From Candidatus Dormiibacterota bacterium (GTDB lineage: Bacteria; Chloroflexota; Dormibacteria; Dormibacterales; Dormibacteraceae): DNA of 46,547 bases. The stretch's first letter is position 1. Each line of letters starts with the position of its first letter. Under the pieces are notes generated by a model. That model was not told the DNA's origin. It made no database searches and saw only the letters and a program-made list of their open reading frames with translations. The stretch spans positions 1 to 46,547 of the forward strand of contig JBKPCF010000108.1 of the NCBI GenBank assembly GCA_046727235.1. The letters run 5' to 3'. This document shows, in pieces, positions 24,454 through 33,256 of this stretch. The position numbers and the translations under genes are program-made.

Positions 24454-25386
24454 CTAGGCTCGGGCGGCGTCCTTCAGGGTGCTGATGTACGCCGATGCCG
24501 CGACCGCCGCCGTCGTCCCATCGCCCACCGCCGTCGCGATCTGCTTTGTCAGCTGCGCACGCACGTCCCCGACAGCCCAGATTCCTTCCACCGACGTCTG
24601 CATGTTCCGGTCGGTAAGCAGGTAGCCGGCCGCGTCGTGGTCGACGTGGACCTTCAGCAGCGAGGAATTCGGGACGAAGCCGACGAAGATGAACACCCCG
24701 CCGACTCGCAGCTCCTTCAGCTCCCCGTGCTGCTCGTAGAGGACCATCTGCACTTTCTGGTCGCCGGCGATCTCCTTCACGTGGGCGTCGAAGACGAACT
24801 CGATCTTCGGGTTGGCCTTAGCCCGGTCGACAAGGATCGGCTGGGCGCGAAGCTCGCTCCGCCGGTGGAGGATGTAGACCTTCGAGGCGTAGCGGGTGAG
24901 GAACTCGCCCTCCTCGACGGCTGCGTCGCCGCCTCCGACCACGGCCAGCTCCTGGCCCTTGAAGAACGCGCCGTCGCACACCGCGCAATAGCTCACGCCG
25001 CGGCCCCAGAACTCCTTCTCGCCCGGGACCTGCAGGTAGCGCGGCAGCCCGCCGGCGGCCATGATCAGCGCCGGAGCGCGCAGCTCCTCACCGGACTCCA
25101 TGTGAACGACCTTCGTGTTGCCCTCGACGTCGATCTCGTGGACCGGCTCGAAGTCGCGGACCTCGACGCCGAACTTCCGGGCGTGGTCGCCCATCTTGAC
25201 GGCCAGGTCGGAGCCGAGGATCGACTCGAAGCCCGGGTAGTCCTCCACGAGCTCGGTGTTGAGCAGCTGGCCCCCGAGGGGGCCCCGGTCCAGGACGACC
25301 GTCCGGAGGTTCATCCGGGCGGTGTAGAGGGCAGCCGCCAGCCCGGCCGGACCGCCCCCGACGATGATGACGTCGTAATCGCTCAC
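24454..25386 (-). CDS. trxB: Thioredoxin-disulfide reductase
   Basis: YDVIIVGGGPAGLAAALY, redox-active CAVCDG, and VVGGGDAAVEEG...HRRSELRA (NADPH-type motif). Start re-placed at GTG 25386. The 377-aa track ORF carries a low-complexity extension. Confidence 0.9.
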   Translation of the reverse strand: MSDYDVIIVGGGPAGLAAALYTARMNLRTVVLDRGPLGGQLLNTELVEDYPGFESILGSDLAVKMGDHARKFGVEVRDFEPVHEIDVEGNTKVVHMESGEELRAPALIMAAGGLPRYLQVPGEKEFWGRGVSYCAVCDGAFFKGQELAVVGGGDAAVEEGEFLTRYASKVYILHRRSELRAQPILVDRAKANPKIEFVFDAHVKEIAGDQKVQMVLYEQHGELKELRVGGVFIFVGFVPNSSLLKVHVDHDAAGYLLTDRNMQTSVEGIWAVGDVRAQLTKQIATAVGDGTTAAVAASAYISTLKDAARA

Positions 25387-25435
25387 TGCACTAAGGAGTA
25401 TTCCCGGGGCGACAGGTTGTATTCCGGGCGCCGGC

Positions 25436-25723
25436 TCACCCGTGCTGGTAGCGGACCCCGTAGCCACCGCGCGGGGCGTGGCAGGAGATGTTGTCGAAGG
25501 GGCAGCCGATCGAGCACGCGCCGCACTCGATGCAGTTGCCGAAGCTGACCAGGTTCTTCTTCTGCTCCTCGTTCCACTCGTAGACACCGGCCGGGCAGAA
25601 GTGCGTGCAGTACTTGCCCGTGCACTTCGACAGGCAGACGTTCTGGTCGACGATCTCGATGTGCGGCTTGCCGGTGTCCTCGTTGTACTTGACCGTGAAG
25701 AGCTTGTCGGTGAGCTTCTCCAT
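25436..25723 (-). CDS. FixX-like ferredoxin-family protein (95 aa)
   Basis: MEKLTDKLFTVKYNEDTGKPHIEI...CPAGVYEW...CIECGACSIGCP...PRGGYGVRYQHG parallels the FixX pattern (...PRGGFGV.FKFG). Its ATG shares one nucleotide with the M20 stop (TGATG). The rest of track ORF 25436..26503 is an antisense shadow. Confidence 0.8.
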   Translation of the reverse strand: MEKLTDKLFTVKYNEDTGKPHIEIVDQNVCLSKCTGKYCTHFCPAGVYEWNEEQKKNLVSFGNCIECGACSIGCPFDNISCHAPRGGYGVRYQHG

Positions 25724-27081
25724 CAGCTCGCCCCGAACCGCTCCCAGATCCGGCACATCATGCGGACCGTGTTGACGTAGTCGTCGACCCGGATGTTCTC
25801 GTTGGGCGCGTGGATCCTGGCGTCGGGTCGCCCGACGCCGACCGGCAGCACCGTCGGCGTCTCCAGGTCGGCGACCACCGCGTGCATCGGGCCGGTGGCC
25901 GGCATGAACGGCCACAGGACAGGCTCGCCGTGCATGTCGCGGACGCACTCGATGACGGTCCGAGCGATCGCCGAGCTGGGGTCCGACCGCGCGGGCTTCT
26001 CGCCCTCCGACGACACGATCTCGACCCTGTCGAAACCGTGGCGGTCCAGGTGCTTGCGCAGGAGCTGGATCACATCGCTCGGGTCCTGGTCGGGGATCAG
26101 CCGGAAGTCGAGCTTGGCGGTGGCGTCGGCGGGAAGCACGGTCTTGGAGCCTGGGCCCTGGTACCCGGTCGTGATGCCGGCGATGTTGCAGGTCGGCAGG
26201 AACAGCATCTGTTCGACGACCTGATCCGGCTTGGGGTCGCGAACCAGCTTCTCGAAACCGACCAGCTGGCGCCGTTTCTCGACCTCGGGGTCGATGCTCG
26301 CCATCATGCGGCGGTCCGCGTCGGTCGGCTTGACCACCTTCTCGTAGAAGCCCTCGATCTTGATGTTCATGTCCTGGTCGCGCAGGCTCGCGAGCGCGCC
26401 GACCAGGTACATCGCAGCCGACGGATAGATGGACGCGAAGCCCGAGTGCTGGTCGAAGTCCAGCAGCTTGACCCGCAGCGTGACGTAGACCAGGCCGCGG
26501 CATCCGAACTGCAGGTTGGGTCGTCCGGCGTCGTCGAACGACATCGCCGACTCCCAGAGGCAGCCGTCGGCGCGCAGCTTGGCCGCGTGCTCGTGCGCGA
26601 TCTTCTCGAAGGTCTTGGAGCCGATCTCCTCCTCGCCTTCGATCAGGAACCGCAGGGTGACCGGCACCTCGCCGAGCTCCTGCAGCGTTTCCAGAGCGTG
26701 GAGGCGCGCCATCACGTCAGCCTTGTCGTCCGCCACGCCGCGTGCGAAGATCTTGCCGTCACGCTCCGCCGGTTCGAACGGAGGCGTGGTCCAGAGCTCG
26801 ATCGGATCGACCGGCTGCACGTCGTAGTGCTGGTAGAGCAGCAGTTTGCGACGACCTGCGCCGGGCACCTCCGCGTAGAGCGCGGGCATCCCGCCGGCCT
26901 CGAGGGTCTCGACCCTGTCTGTGAACTTCGCCAGCCGGTCCGCCAGCCAGTCCCGGGCGGGCTGGATCGCATCGCGCCCGTGGTTGGAGATGCTCGGGAA
27001 GGAGCACAGCTCCTTCAAGTCTTGAACGAAGCGGTGCGAGTGCTTCTCGACGTACGCGTCGACAGCGCTAGTTGAGATCAC
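25723..27081 (-). CDS. M20-family metallopeptidase (dipeptidase / ArgE-DapE-CPG2-like)
   Basis: LLLYQHYDVQPVDP..W..PPFEPAERDGKIFARGVADDKADV and a dimerisation-domain-like middle region. Start re-placed at GTG 27081. Confidence 0.8.
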   Translation of the reverse strand: MISTSAVDAYVEKHSHRFVQDLKELCSFPSISNHGRDAIQPARDWLADRLAKFTDRVETLEAGGMPALYAEVPGAGRRKLLLYQHYDVQPVDPIELWTTPPFEPAERDGKIFARGVADDKADVMARLHALETLQELGEVPVTLRFLIEGEEEIGSKTFEKIAHEHAAKLRADGCLWESAMSFDDAGRPNLQFGCRGLVYVTLRVKLLDFDQHSGFASIYPSAAMYLVGALASLRDQDMNIKIEGFYEKVVKPTDADRRMMASIDPEVEKRRQLVGFEKLVRDPKPDQVVEQMLFLPTCNIAGITTGYQGPGSKTVLPADATAKLDFRLIPDQDPSDVIQLLRKHLDRHGFDRVEIVSSEGEKPARSDPSSAIARTVIECVRDMHGEPVLWPFMPATGPMHAVVADLETPTVLPVGVGRPDARIHAPNENIRVDDYVNTVRMMCRIWERFGAS

Positions 27082-27104
27082 AGCCTCATCGTAACCTTGT
27101 GCCG

Positions 27105-28757
27105 GTGACGGAAGCTCACGCGGAATTTCACTTCTCGCCGCGGCCCAACCGCGCGGCGGAGATCGACTGGCACCCCTGGTCGGAGGAGGCATTCGAGGAG
27201 GCCAGGCAGACGCACCGGCCCATCCTTTTATCCATCTCCGCGGTGTGGTGCCACTGGTGCCATGTCATGGACGAGACGACCTACTCACACCCGAGCGTCA
27301 TCGAGCTGATCAACCGCGACTACGTCCCGGTGCGCGTGGACAACGACGTGCGCCCGGACATCAACCAGCGTTACAACATGGGCGGTTGGCCGACGACGGC
27401 GTTCCTCACCGCGTCGGGCGACATCCTCACCGGCGCCACCTACCTGCCTCCCGACCAGATGGCGAGCGCCCTCCTGCGCATCGCCGATTACTACCAGGCC
27501 AACCAGGCCGAGATCGCAACCCGCGTTCTGGACGCCCGCAAGCGCGCGGCGTCGGGCGTGGCCCGCAGCGCAGGCCGGCTAGAAACCGGCCTCGTCGATG
27601 AGGTCCTCAACGCAGTCCGTTCCGCGTACGACCCCGAGTACGGCGGCTTCGGCACCGCGCCGAAGTTTCCACAGACGGACGCGATCCTTCTGCTGCTGGA
27701 GCAGTCCGTGCTGCGTTCGGACGACTCGCTGCGGAGCATCGCCGTGCACACGCTGGAGCGCATGTCAGGCGGCGGGACCTATGACCACGTCGAGGGCGGA
27801 TTCTTCCGCTACTCGACGACACAGGACTGGAGCGTCCCCCATTTCGAGAAGATGCTGGAGGACCACGCCGGCCTGGTCCTGGGGCTGTCGCTGGCCGGCA
27901 TGACGGAGACGCTCGACAAGACGGCCGGATACCTCGACCGGGTCCTGCGCGACCCGAAGACCGGCCTCTACGCGGGGAGCCAGGACGCCGACGAGCACTA
28001 CTACTCGATGGACCTTGAAGAACGCGAATCGAGCACACCGCCCTACGTCGACCGCCGCATCTACACCGCGTGGAACGCCGCACTGGCGATCAGCTACCTG
28101 GACGCCGGCCGTCCTGCGGAGCAGCTTCTCGACTCCCTGTTCAAGCGCGCCTATCGCAAGGGCGAAGGCATGACGCACTCCGAGGGTGTGGGCGGTCAGC
28201 TCGGCGATCAGGCCTGGTCAATGTGGGCGGCGCTGCGCGCGCACCAGCACGGGCTCGGAGAAAGATGGATGGCCGTCGCGGCCGACCTGGCCCAGCATCT
28301 CGAAGACAGGTACGGCGACTCTCAGCTCGGCGGCTACTTCGACCACGCGGGCGGCGATGAGCTCGGTCGCCTCGGCGAGCGAATCAAACCGCTGGCCGAG
28401 AACTCGGTCGCGGCGATCGCGCTGCTCGAGCTCGACGTCCTGACTGGTGATCCGAATGCGCCGTACCGCGAGCGTGCCCGTCGCGCGCTCGAATCGGTCG
28501 CAGCGCTTCCCCGCTCCTACGGCCTGATGGCCGCACTGTTTGCCCGCGCGCTGGACAGGCTTTCGCACGCGGTCAAGGTGACGACGAAGAACGCGGAGCT
28601 GGCCCGCGCCGCGCGAGCGGCGCATCCGTACGCGGTCATCGACCCCAAGGGCGATGAGCGCGCCGTCGTGTGTGTCGGAACCATATGCTTGGCGCCGGTG
28701 TCCACCGCCGACGCTGTGAGAGAAGCGATCAAAGAAGCGTCCCAGACGCGTGCCTGA
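27105..28757 (+). CDS. DUF255 thioredoxin-domain protein (YyaL / SPATA20-like; thioredoxin fold plus alpha/alpha-toroid domain)
   Basis: IDWHPWSEEAFEEARQTHRPILLSISAVWCHWCHVMDETTYSHPSVIELINRDYVPVRVDNDVRPDI...GGWPTTAFL is the DUF255 signature. The start may be GTG 27105 or TTG 27072. Confidence 0.8.
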   Translation: MTEAHAEFHFSPRPNRAAEIDWHPWSEEAFEEARQTHRPILLSISAVWCHWCHVMDETTYSHPSVIELINRDYVPVRVDNDVRPDINQRYNMGGWPTTAFLTASGDILTGATYLPPDQMASALLRIADYYQANQAEIATRVLDARKRAASGVARSAGRLETGLVDEVLNAVRSAYDPEYGGFGTAPKFPQTDAILLLLEQSVLRSDDSLRSIAVHTLERMSGGGTYDHVEGGFFRYSTTQDWSVPHFEKMLEDHAGLVLGLSLAGMTETLDKTAGYLDRVLRDPKTGLYAGSQDADEHYYSMDLEERESSTPPYVDRRIYTAWNAALAISYLDAGRPAEQLLDSLFKRAYRKGEGMTHSEGVGGQLGDQAWSMWAALRAHQHGLGERWMAVAADLAQHLEDRYGDSQLGGYFDHAGGDELGRLGERIKPLAENSVAAIALLELDVLTGDPNAPYRERARRALESVAALPRSYGLMAALFARALDRLSHAVKVTTKNAELARAARAAHPYAVIDPKGDERAVVCVGTICLAPVSTADAVREAIKEASQTRA

Positions 28758-30822
28758 GAGCCGGTCACACTTCTCGCGCCGCGTCGACCACGCGCTAGAC
28801 GATCCCAGCCTGCAGAAGGCACTGGTCGGCGCCATGACCGGTCTGCGCAGCCGCCGCAACAAGGCATTCGAAAACTTCGACTTCACGAAAGGCCGCGAGG
28901 AGCTGAAGCGGAGGCGCAAGGCCAACCTCGACCGCCTGCCCGAGCTGCTCGAGCAGTTCACGGAACGACTCGCCGCCGTCGGCGGAGCGGTCCATCTCGC
29001 CAAAGACGCTGCCGAGGCGCGCGAGATCATCGGCCAGCTCTGCTGGAATGCCGGCAGCGACCTGGCGCCGGGGACGCGGATGGTGGTGACCAAGAGCAAG
29101 TCGATGGCCACCGAGGAGATCGGGCTGAACGCCTACCTCGAAGGCCTGGGGATGGAGGTCGTCGAGACAGACCTCGGGGAGCGGATGGTGCAGCTCACGC
29201 ACACCCATCCGTCCCACCTCATCGCGCCCGCCATCCACCTGACGAAGGAAGACGCGGCGGCGGTATTCGGCACCGAACCGACGGTCGAAGCGATCCAGCT
29301 CCACGCACGAGAGTCGTTGCGGGAAAAGTTCATCGCCGCCACCGTCGGCATCTCCGGCGCCAACATGGCAATCGCCGAGACGGGCACGATCGTCCTGGTC
29401 ACCAACGAAGGCAACGCCGACCTGACGACGACGCTTCCGCCGGTCCACATCGCGCTGTTCGGAATCGACAAGCTCGTGGCAACCCTCGACGACGCGGTGG
29501 CGGTGCTGCGCATGCTCCCGCGCAGTGGCACTGGCCAGGTGATCAGCAGCTACGTCAACTGGATCACAGGTCCGTCGCGGTCGGCCGACATCGAGCAGTC
29601 ACTGACGATCGGAGTCCATGGGCCACGCGAGCTCCACTGCGTGATCGTCGACAACGGCCGCGAAAAGATGCTGGACGATCCGCTGTTTCGCGATGCGCTG
29701 ACGTGCATCCGCTGCGGCGCCTGCTCCAACGCGTGTCCACCGTTCATGGCTGTCGGCGGGCACCAGTTCGGCGGCCACATCTACAACGGACCGATCGGCC
29801 TCGTCCTCACACCGTTCCACCACGGCCTGCAAGACGCCGACCTCGCCAACACCCTCTGCGCCCAGTGCAACGCCTGCCAGGAGATCTGCCCTGTCGACAT
29901 CCCGCTCCCGCGGCTCATCCTCGAGCACCGCCGCTCGGGCAGGAAGTCGCTGCGGAAAAGGGCCGTGCTCGGGATGTGGGAGCGCCCGCAGCTCGCCGAC
30001 CGCCTCATGCGCACCGCAGCGCCCTTCAGCCGGCTCGTCCCGGGGACGCCGCGCCTGGCGCGGACCCCCTACCGCGATCGCGTCCGTCCCAGCACCGTCG
30101 ACGGTGAGCCGTTGACCATCTTCGCCTCGTGCCTGGCCGACCGCGCCTGGCCGGATGCAGCCGTCGCGCTCGAGCGGATCGCGACCTCGGCGGGGTTCCA
30201 GGTTGGATTTCCCAAGGATCAATGGTGCTGCGGCCTCATCGCCGCGAACGCCGGCGACTTCGAAGGTGCCCACAAATTGACGACATCCCTCGCGCAAAGC
30301 CTTCAGGATTCCAAGGGCCCGATCGTGACGCCGTCCGCCTCGTGCTTCGGCGCGATCACGATCGACTCGCCGGACTGGGGTCCGGTGCCCAACCGAAGCC
30401 TGCACGGGCGGATGCGCGACTCGACGCGATTTGTGCTGGAGCTGCTGGCTGCGAACCCGGAGCTGGTCGAGCAAGACCGCATGAGCCTGAAGATCGCCTA
30501 CCACGACTCCTGCCAGTCGCTCCGCCAGCTCGGCCTCAAAGACGAGCCGCGCCGCGTGCTGGAGCTCGCGGGCTACGAGGTGGTCGACATTCCCGACATC
30601 GCCAACTGCTGCGGCTTTGGTGGCAGCTTCAGCCTCGAGTGGCCTCGCGTCGCGGAGAGGCTGGCGGACTGGAAGCTCGACGCGATAGGCAAGACGGGAT
30701 GCACGGTCGTCGCCACCGACAACCCAGGATGCCTGATGCACATCGCCGCCGCGGCCCGGAAGCGCGGGATGGACCTTCGTGTGGCTCACGTTCTGGAGCT
30801 CGTCGCCGAGCACCTGGCCTGA
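28750..30822 (+). CDS. Fused LutB-like (LUD domain plus 2x[4Fe-4S]) and LutA-like (CCG-domain Fe-S oxidoreductase) protein
   Basis: N-terminal part: KSKSMATEEIGLN...IAETGTIVLVTNEGN..., then CIRCGACSNACP and CAQCNACQEICP. C-terminal part: two CCG-type modules (...QWCCGL..., YHDSCQSLRQLG...NCCGFGGSF). The GTG start overlaps the DUF255 stop by 8 nt. Confidence 0.8.
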   Translation: MPESRSHFSRRVDHALDDPSLQKALVGAMTGLRSRRNKAFENFDFTKGREELKRRRKANLDRLPELLEQFTERLAAVGGAVHLAKDAAEAREIIGQLCWNAGSDLAPGTRMVVTKSKSMATEEIGLNAYLEGLGMEVVETDLGERMVQLTHTHPSHLIAPAIHLTKEDAAAVFGTEPTVEAIQLHARESLREKFIAATVGISGANMAIAETGTIVLVTNEGNADLTTTLPPVHIALFGIDKLVATLDDAVAVLRMLPRSGTGQVISSYVNWITGPSRSADIEQSLTIGVHGPRELHCVIVDNGREKMLDDPLFRDALTCIRCGACSNACPPFMAVGGHQFGGHIYNGPIGLVLTPFHHGLQDADLANTLCAQCNACQEICPVDIPLPRLILEHRRSGRKSLRKRAVLGMWERPQLADRLMRTAAPFSRLVPGTPRLARTPYRDRVRPSTVDGEPLTIFASCLADRAWPDAAVALERIATSAGFQVGFPKDQWCCGLIAANAGDFEGAHKLTTSLAQSLQDSKGPIVTPSASCFGAITIDSPDWGPVPNRSLHGRMRDSTRFVLELLAANPELVEQDRMSLKIAYHDSCQSLRQLGLKDEPRRVLELAGYEVVDIPDIANCCGFGGSFSLEWPRVAERLADWKLDAIGKTGCTVVATDNPGCLMHIAAAARKRGMDLRVAHVLELVAEHLA

Positions 30823-30909
30823 TCTCGGGCGCGGTTGTCTACGCTTAGCAGGCCGTGAAGATCACCCCGCCGGCAGAACTCCTGGCGGGCTCGGAGCGTT
30901 AGAAGAGAA

Positions 30910-32814
30910 GTGGGACTGCTGGAGACGATCCACTCCCCTGCCGACCTGAAAGCGCTCGATCAGGCGCGCCTGGCCGAGCTGGCGACCGAGGTGCGCGCCT
31001 TCCTGGTCGAGCAGACCTCGCGCACCGGAGGCCACCTGTCGCCAAACCTGGGAGTCGTCGAGCTGACGTTTGCGCTGCACCGCGTGTTCGACAGCCCGAA
31101 GGACGCGATCGTCTGGGACACCGGGCACCAGGCGTACGTCCACAAGCTGGTGACCGGACGGGCCGCGGCTTTCGCGCAGCTGCGCCAGGCCGGAGGCATG
31201 TCCGGTTATCCGTCGCGCAGTGAATCCGAGCACGACCTGGTCGAGAACAGCCACGCGTCGACGTCGCTGAGCTACGCGCTCGGTATCGCGGAGGCGAGGC
31301 TGCGCAAGCGGATCGGCGGATTCGTCGTGGCGGTCATCGGCGACGGCGCGCTTACCGGCGGGATGGCCTACGAGGCGCTCAACCAGGTCGCCCACCTCCA
31401 GCCGCCGAACCTGATCATCGTGATCAACGACAACGGCCGGTCTTATGCACCCACCGTCGGCGGCCTGGCACGGCACCTCTCCCAGCTCCGGGTCGATCCT
31501 CGGTACGAGCGCATCAAGGACGAGATCTCTCGCTTGCTGCGCGACCTGCCGCTGGTCGGTTACTCCGCGGACCAGGCTGCGTATCGCGTCAAGGAAGGTC
31601 TCAAGCAGCTGCTGCAGCCGTCCACCATGTTCGAATCGCTCGGCATCAAGTACGCGGGTCTCGTCGACGGCCACGACGAGGCCGCGCTCGAAGAGGTGTT
31701 GAACCGCTCCAAGAAGCTGCGCGAGCCGGTCGTCGTGCACGTGGTCACGGAAAAAGGTCACGGCTACGGCCCAGCTGTCGAGGACGAGGTGGACAAGCTG
31801 CACGGCGTCAGCGCGTTCGATCCGCTGACCGGCCGGCCGCGCTCCACCGAGATGACCTACACCGACATCTTCGGCGAAGCCCTGATGACCTCGGCGGCGA
31901 GACGGCCCGAGGTCTGCGCGATCACCGCCGCCATGGCGTCGTCCACCGGGCTTCTGAACTTCGCAAAGGAGTTTCCAGATCGCTTTTTCGACGTGGGGAT
32001 TTGCGAGCAGCACGCGGTTACGTTCGCCGCGGGCCTGGCGATGGCCGGCATGCATCCGGTGGTCTGCATCTACTCGACATTCCTGGCCCGCGCGTTCGAC
32101 CAGACGATCATGGACGTCGCGCTTCACAAGCTGCCGGTCGTCTTCGTGATCGACCGCGCCGGCGTGACCGGCCCCGACGGCGCATCACACCACGGGATCT
32201 TCGACCTCTCCTACCTGCGCCTGATCCCCAACTTGAAGATCGCGGCGCCGAAGGACGCGACGGAGCTGTGCGCTCTCCTCGAGACCGCCCTCGAAACCGA
32301 CGGCCCGATCGCGATCCGCTATCCAAAGGGACCCGCGCCGGCGACGCCCGACCTCCCGGTCGAACCCTTGCCGGTGGGCCGATGGGAGGAGATGCGCAGG
32401 GGCACCGACGCCGTGATTTTCGCGGTCGGCAGGATGGTGGAGGTCGCGGGCGAGGCAGCCGAGCGCCTGCAGATGCAGGGCGTGTCCTGCGGTGTCGTCA
32501 ATGCGCGATGGATCAAGCCGGTCGATCCGCGGATCGCCGACTGGGCCCGCGCGTACCCGGTCGTCGTGACGGTCGAGGACAACGTCGGCTCGGGCGGATT
32601 CGGCGGAGCGGTCCTGGAGACCCTCGCCCCGCACGGGCTGGCGGGGCGGGTTCGAACGCTCGCGCTGCCCGATGCTTTCCTGCCCCAGGGCAAGGCGGCG
32701 GATATCCTGAGAGAGCACGGCCTGGACGCCGCGGGGGTCGCCAGGGCGGTCTTCGAGACGGTTCGCGGGCCGGTGGCGAGGGATAAGGCCAAGCCCTACC
32801 CGCCGTCCGTCTAA
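30910..32814 (+). CDS. dxs: 1-deoxy-D-xylulose-5-phosphate synthase
   Basis: GGHLSPNLGVVELTFALHRVFDSPKDAIVWDTGHQAYVHKLVTGR, GDGALTGGMAYEALN and FFDVGICEQHAVTFAAGLA. Confidence 0.97.
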   Translation: MGLLETIHSPADLKALDQARLAELATEVRAFLVEQTSRTGGHLSPNLGVVELTFALHRVFDSPKDAIVWDTGHQAYVHKLVTGRAAAFAQLRQAGGMSGYPSRSESEHDLVENSHASTSLSYALGIAEARLRKRIGGFVVAVIGDGALTGGMAYEALNQVAHLQPPNLIIVINDNGRSYAPTVGGLARHLSQLRVDPRYERIKDEISRLLRDLPLVGYSADQAAYRVKEGLKQLLQPSTMFESLGIKYAGLVDGHDEAALEEVLNRSKKLREPVVVHVVTEKGHGYGPAVEDEVDKLHGVSAFDPLTGRPRSTEMTYTDIFGEALMTSAARRPEVCAITAAMASSTGLLNFAKEFPDRFFDVGICEQHAVTFAAGLAMAGMHPVVCIYSTFLARAFDQTIMDVALHKLPVVFVIDRAGVTGPDGASHHGIFDLSYLRLIPNLKIAAPKDATELCALLETALETDGPIAIRYPKGPAPATPDLPVEPLPVGRWEEMRRGTDAVIFAVGRMVEVAGEAAERLQMQGVSCGVVNARWIKPVDPRIADWARAYPVVVTVEDNVGSGGFGGAVLETLAPHGLAGRVRTLALPDAFLPQGKAADILREHGLDAAGVARAVFETVRGPVARDKAKPYPPSV

Positions 32815-32815
32815 G

Positions 32816-32834
32816 CTTCCCCACTGAGGGGAAG
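32816..32834 (+). terminator. Perfect 7-bp hairpin immediately after the dxs stop, overlapping the start codon of the next gene
   Basis: CTTCCCC-ACTGA-GGGGAAG. The last G is the first base of GTG 32834. It shares the 10-mer CTTCCCCACT with the hairpin at 3089-3112 in the same orientation relative to the upstream gene. Confidence 0.5.
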
Positions 32835-33256
32835 TGGAAGTACGCCAGGACGTCGTCGACATCCTGTCTGGATTCGCGCTGTTCGCGGATCTGTCCACCC
32901 CTGAGCTGGAAAACGTGGTCCAGACCTTCGGTGAGGTCTATTTCGCGGAGGGCGAGCGGATCATCCGCCAGGGCCTCACCGCCTCGGGCTTCTACCTGAT
33001 CGTGGACGGCACGGCGATCATCCGCGTCGACGGCAAGGACCGGACGACTCTCCGGCCAGGCGACTACTTCGGCGAGATCTCGTGCTTGCTCGGCGAGGCG
33101 CCCACCGCCGACGTGGTCGCGGTCCGCCCGCTGCGCTGTCTCGTGCTTCCCCCGAATGCGCTCGAGGACTTCCTCGTCGCGCATCCCCACGTGATGTTTC
33201 GCGTCCTCCAGGGCGAGGCGCGCAAGCTCCGCACGACGACCCGGTGGCTCAGCTGA
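32834..33256 (+). CDS. Stand-alone cyclic-nucleotide-binding (CNB/CAP-effector) domain protein, 140 aa
   Basis: FALFADLSTPELENVVQTF..YFAEGERIIRQGLTASGFYLIVDGTAIIRVDGKD...LRPGDYFGEISCLLGEAPTADVVA follows the cNMP-binding beta-barrel pattern. Confidence 0.8.
   Translation: MEVRQDVVDILSGFALFADLSTPELENVVQTFGEVYFAEGERIIRQGLTASGFYLIVDGTAIIRVDGKDRTTLRPGDYFGEISCLLGEAPTADVVAVRPLRCLVLPPNALEDFLVAHPHVMFRVLQGEARKLRTTTRWLS

Noticed and set aside
25810-27075. 421-aa + strand ORF
   Set aside because: Antisense to the M20 peptidase gene, with low-complexity composition.
30823-30909. Possible TPP riboswitch or other leader upstream of dxs
   Set aside because: An 87-nt spacer containing only a modest hairpin (CCCGCC-N12-GGCGGG). 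There is no CUGAGA or ACCUGA-type TPP riboswitch core.
29599-32127. 404-aa and 421-aa minus-strand ORFs (29599..30813 and 30862..32127)
   Set aside because: Antisense shadows of the LutB-LutA fusion and of dxs, both of which are unambiguous.
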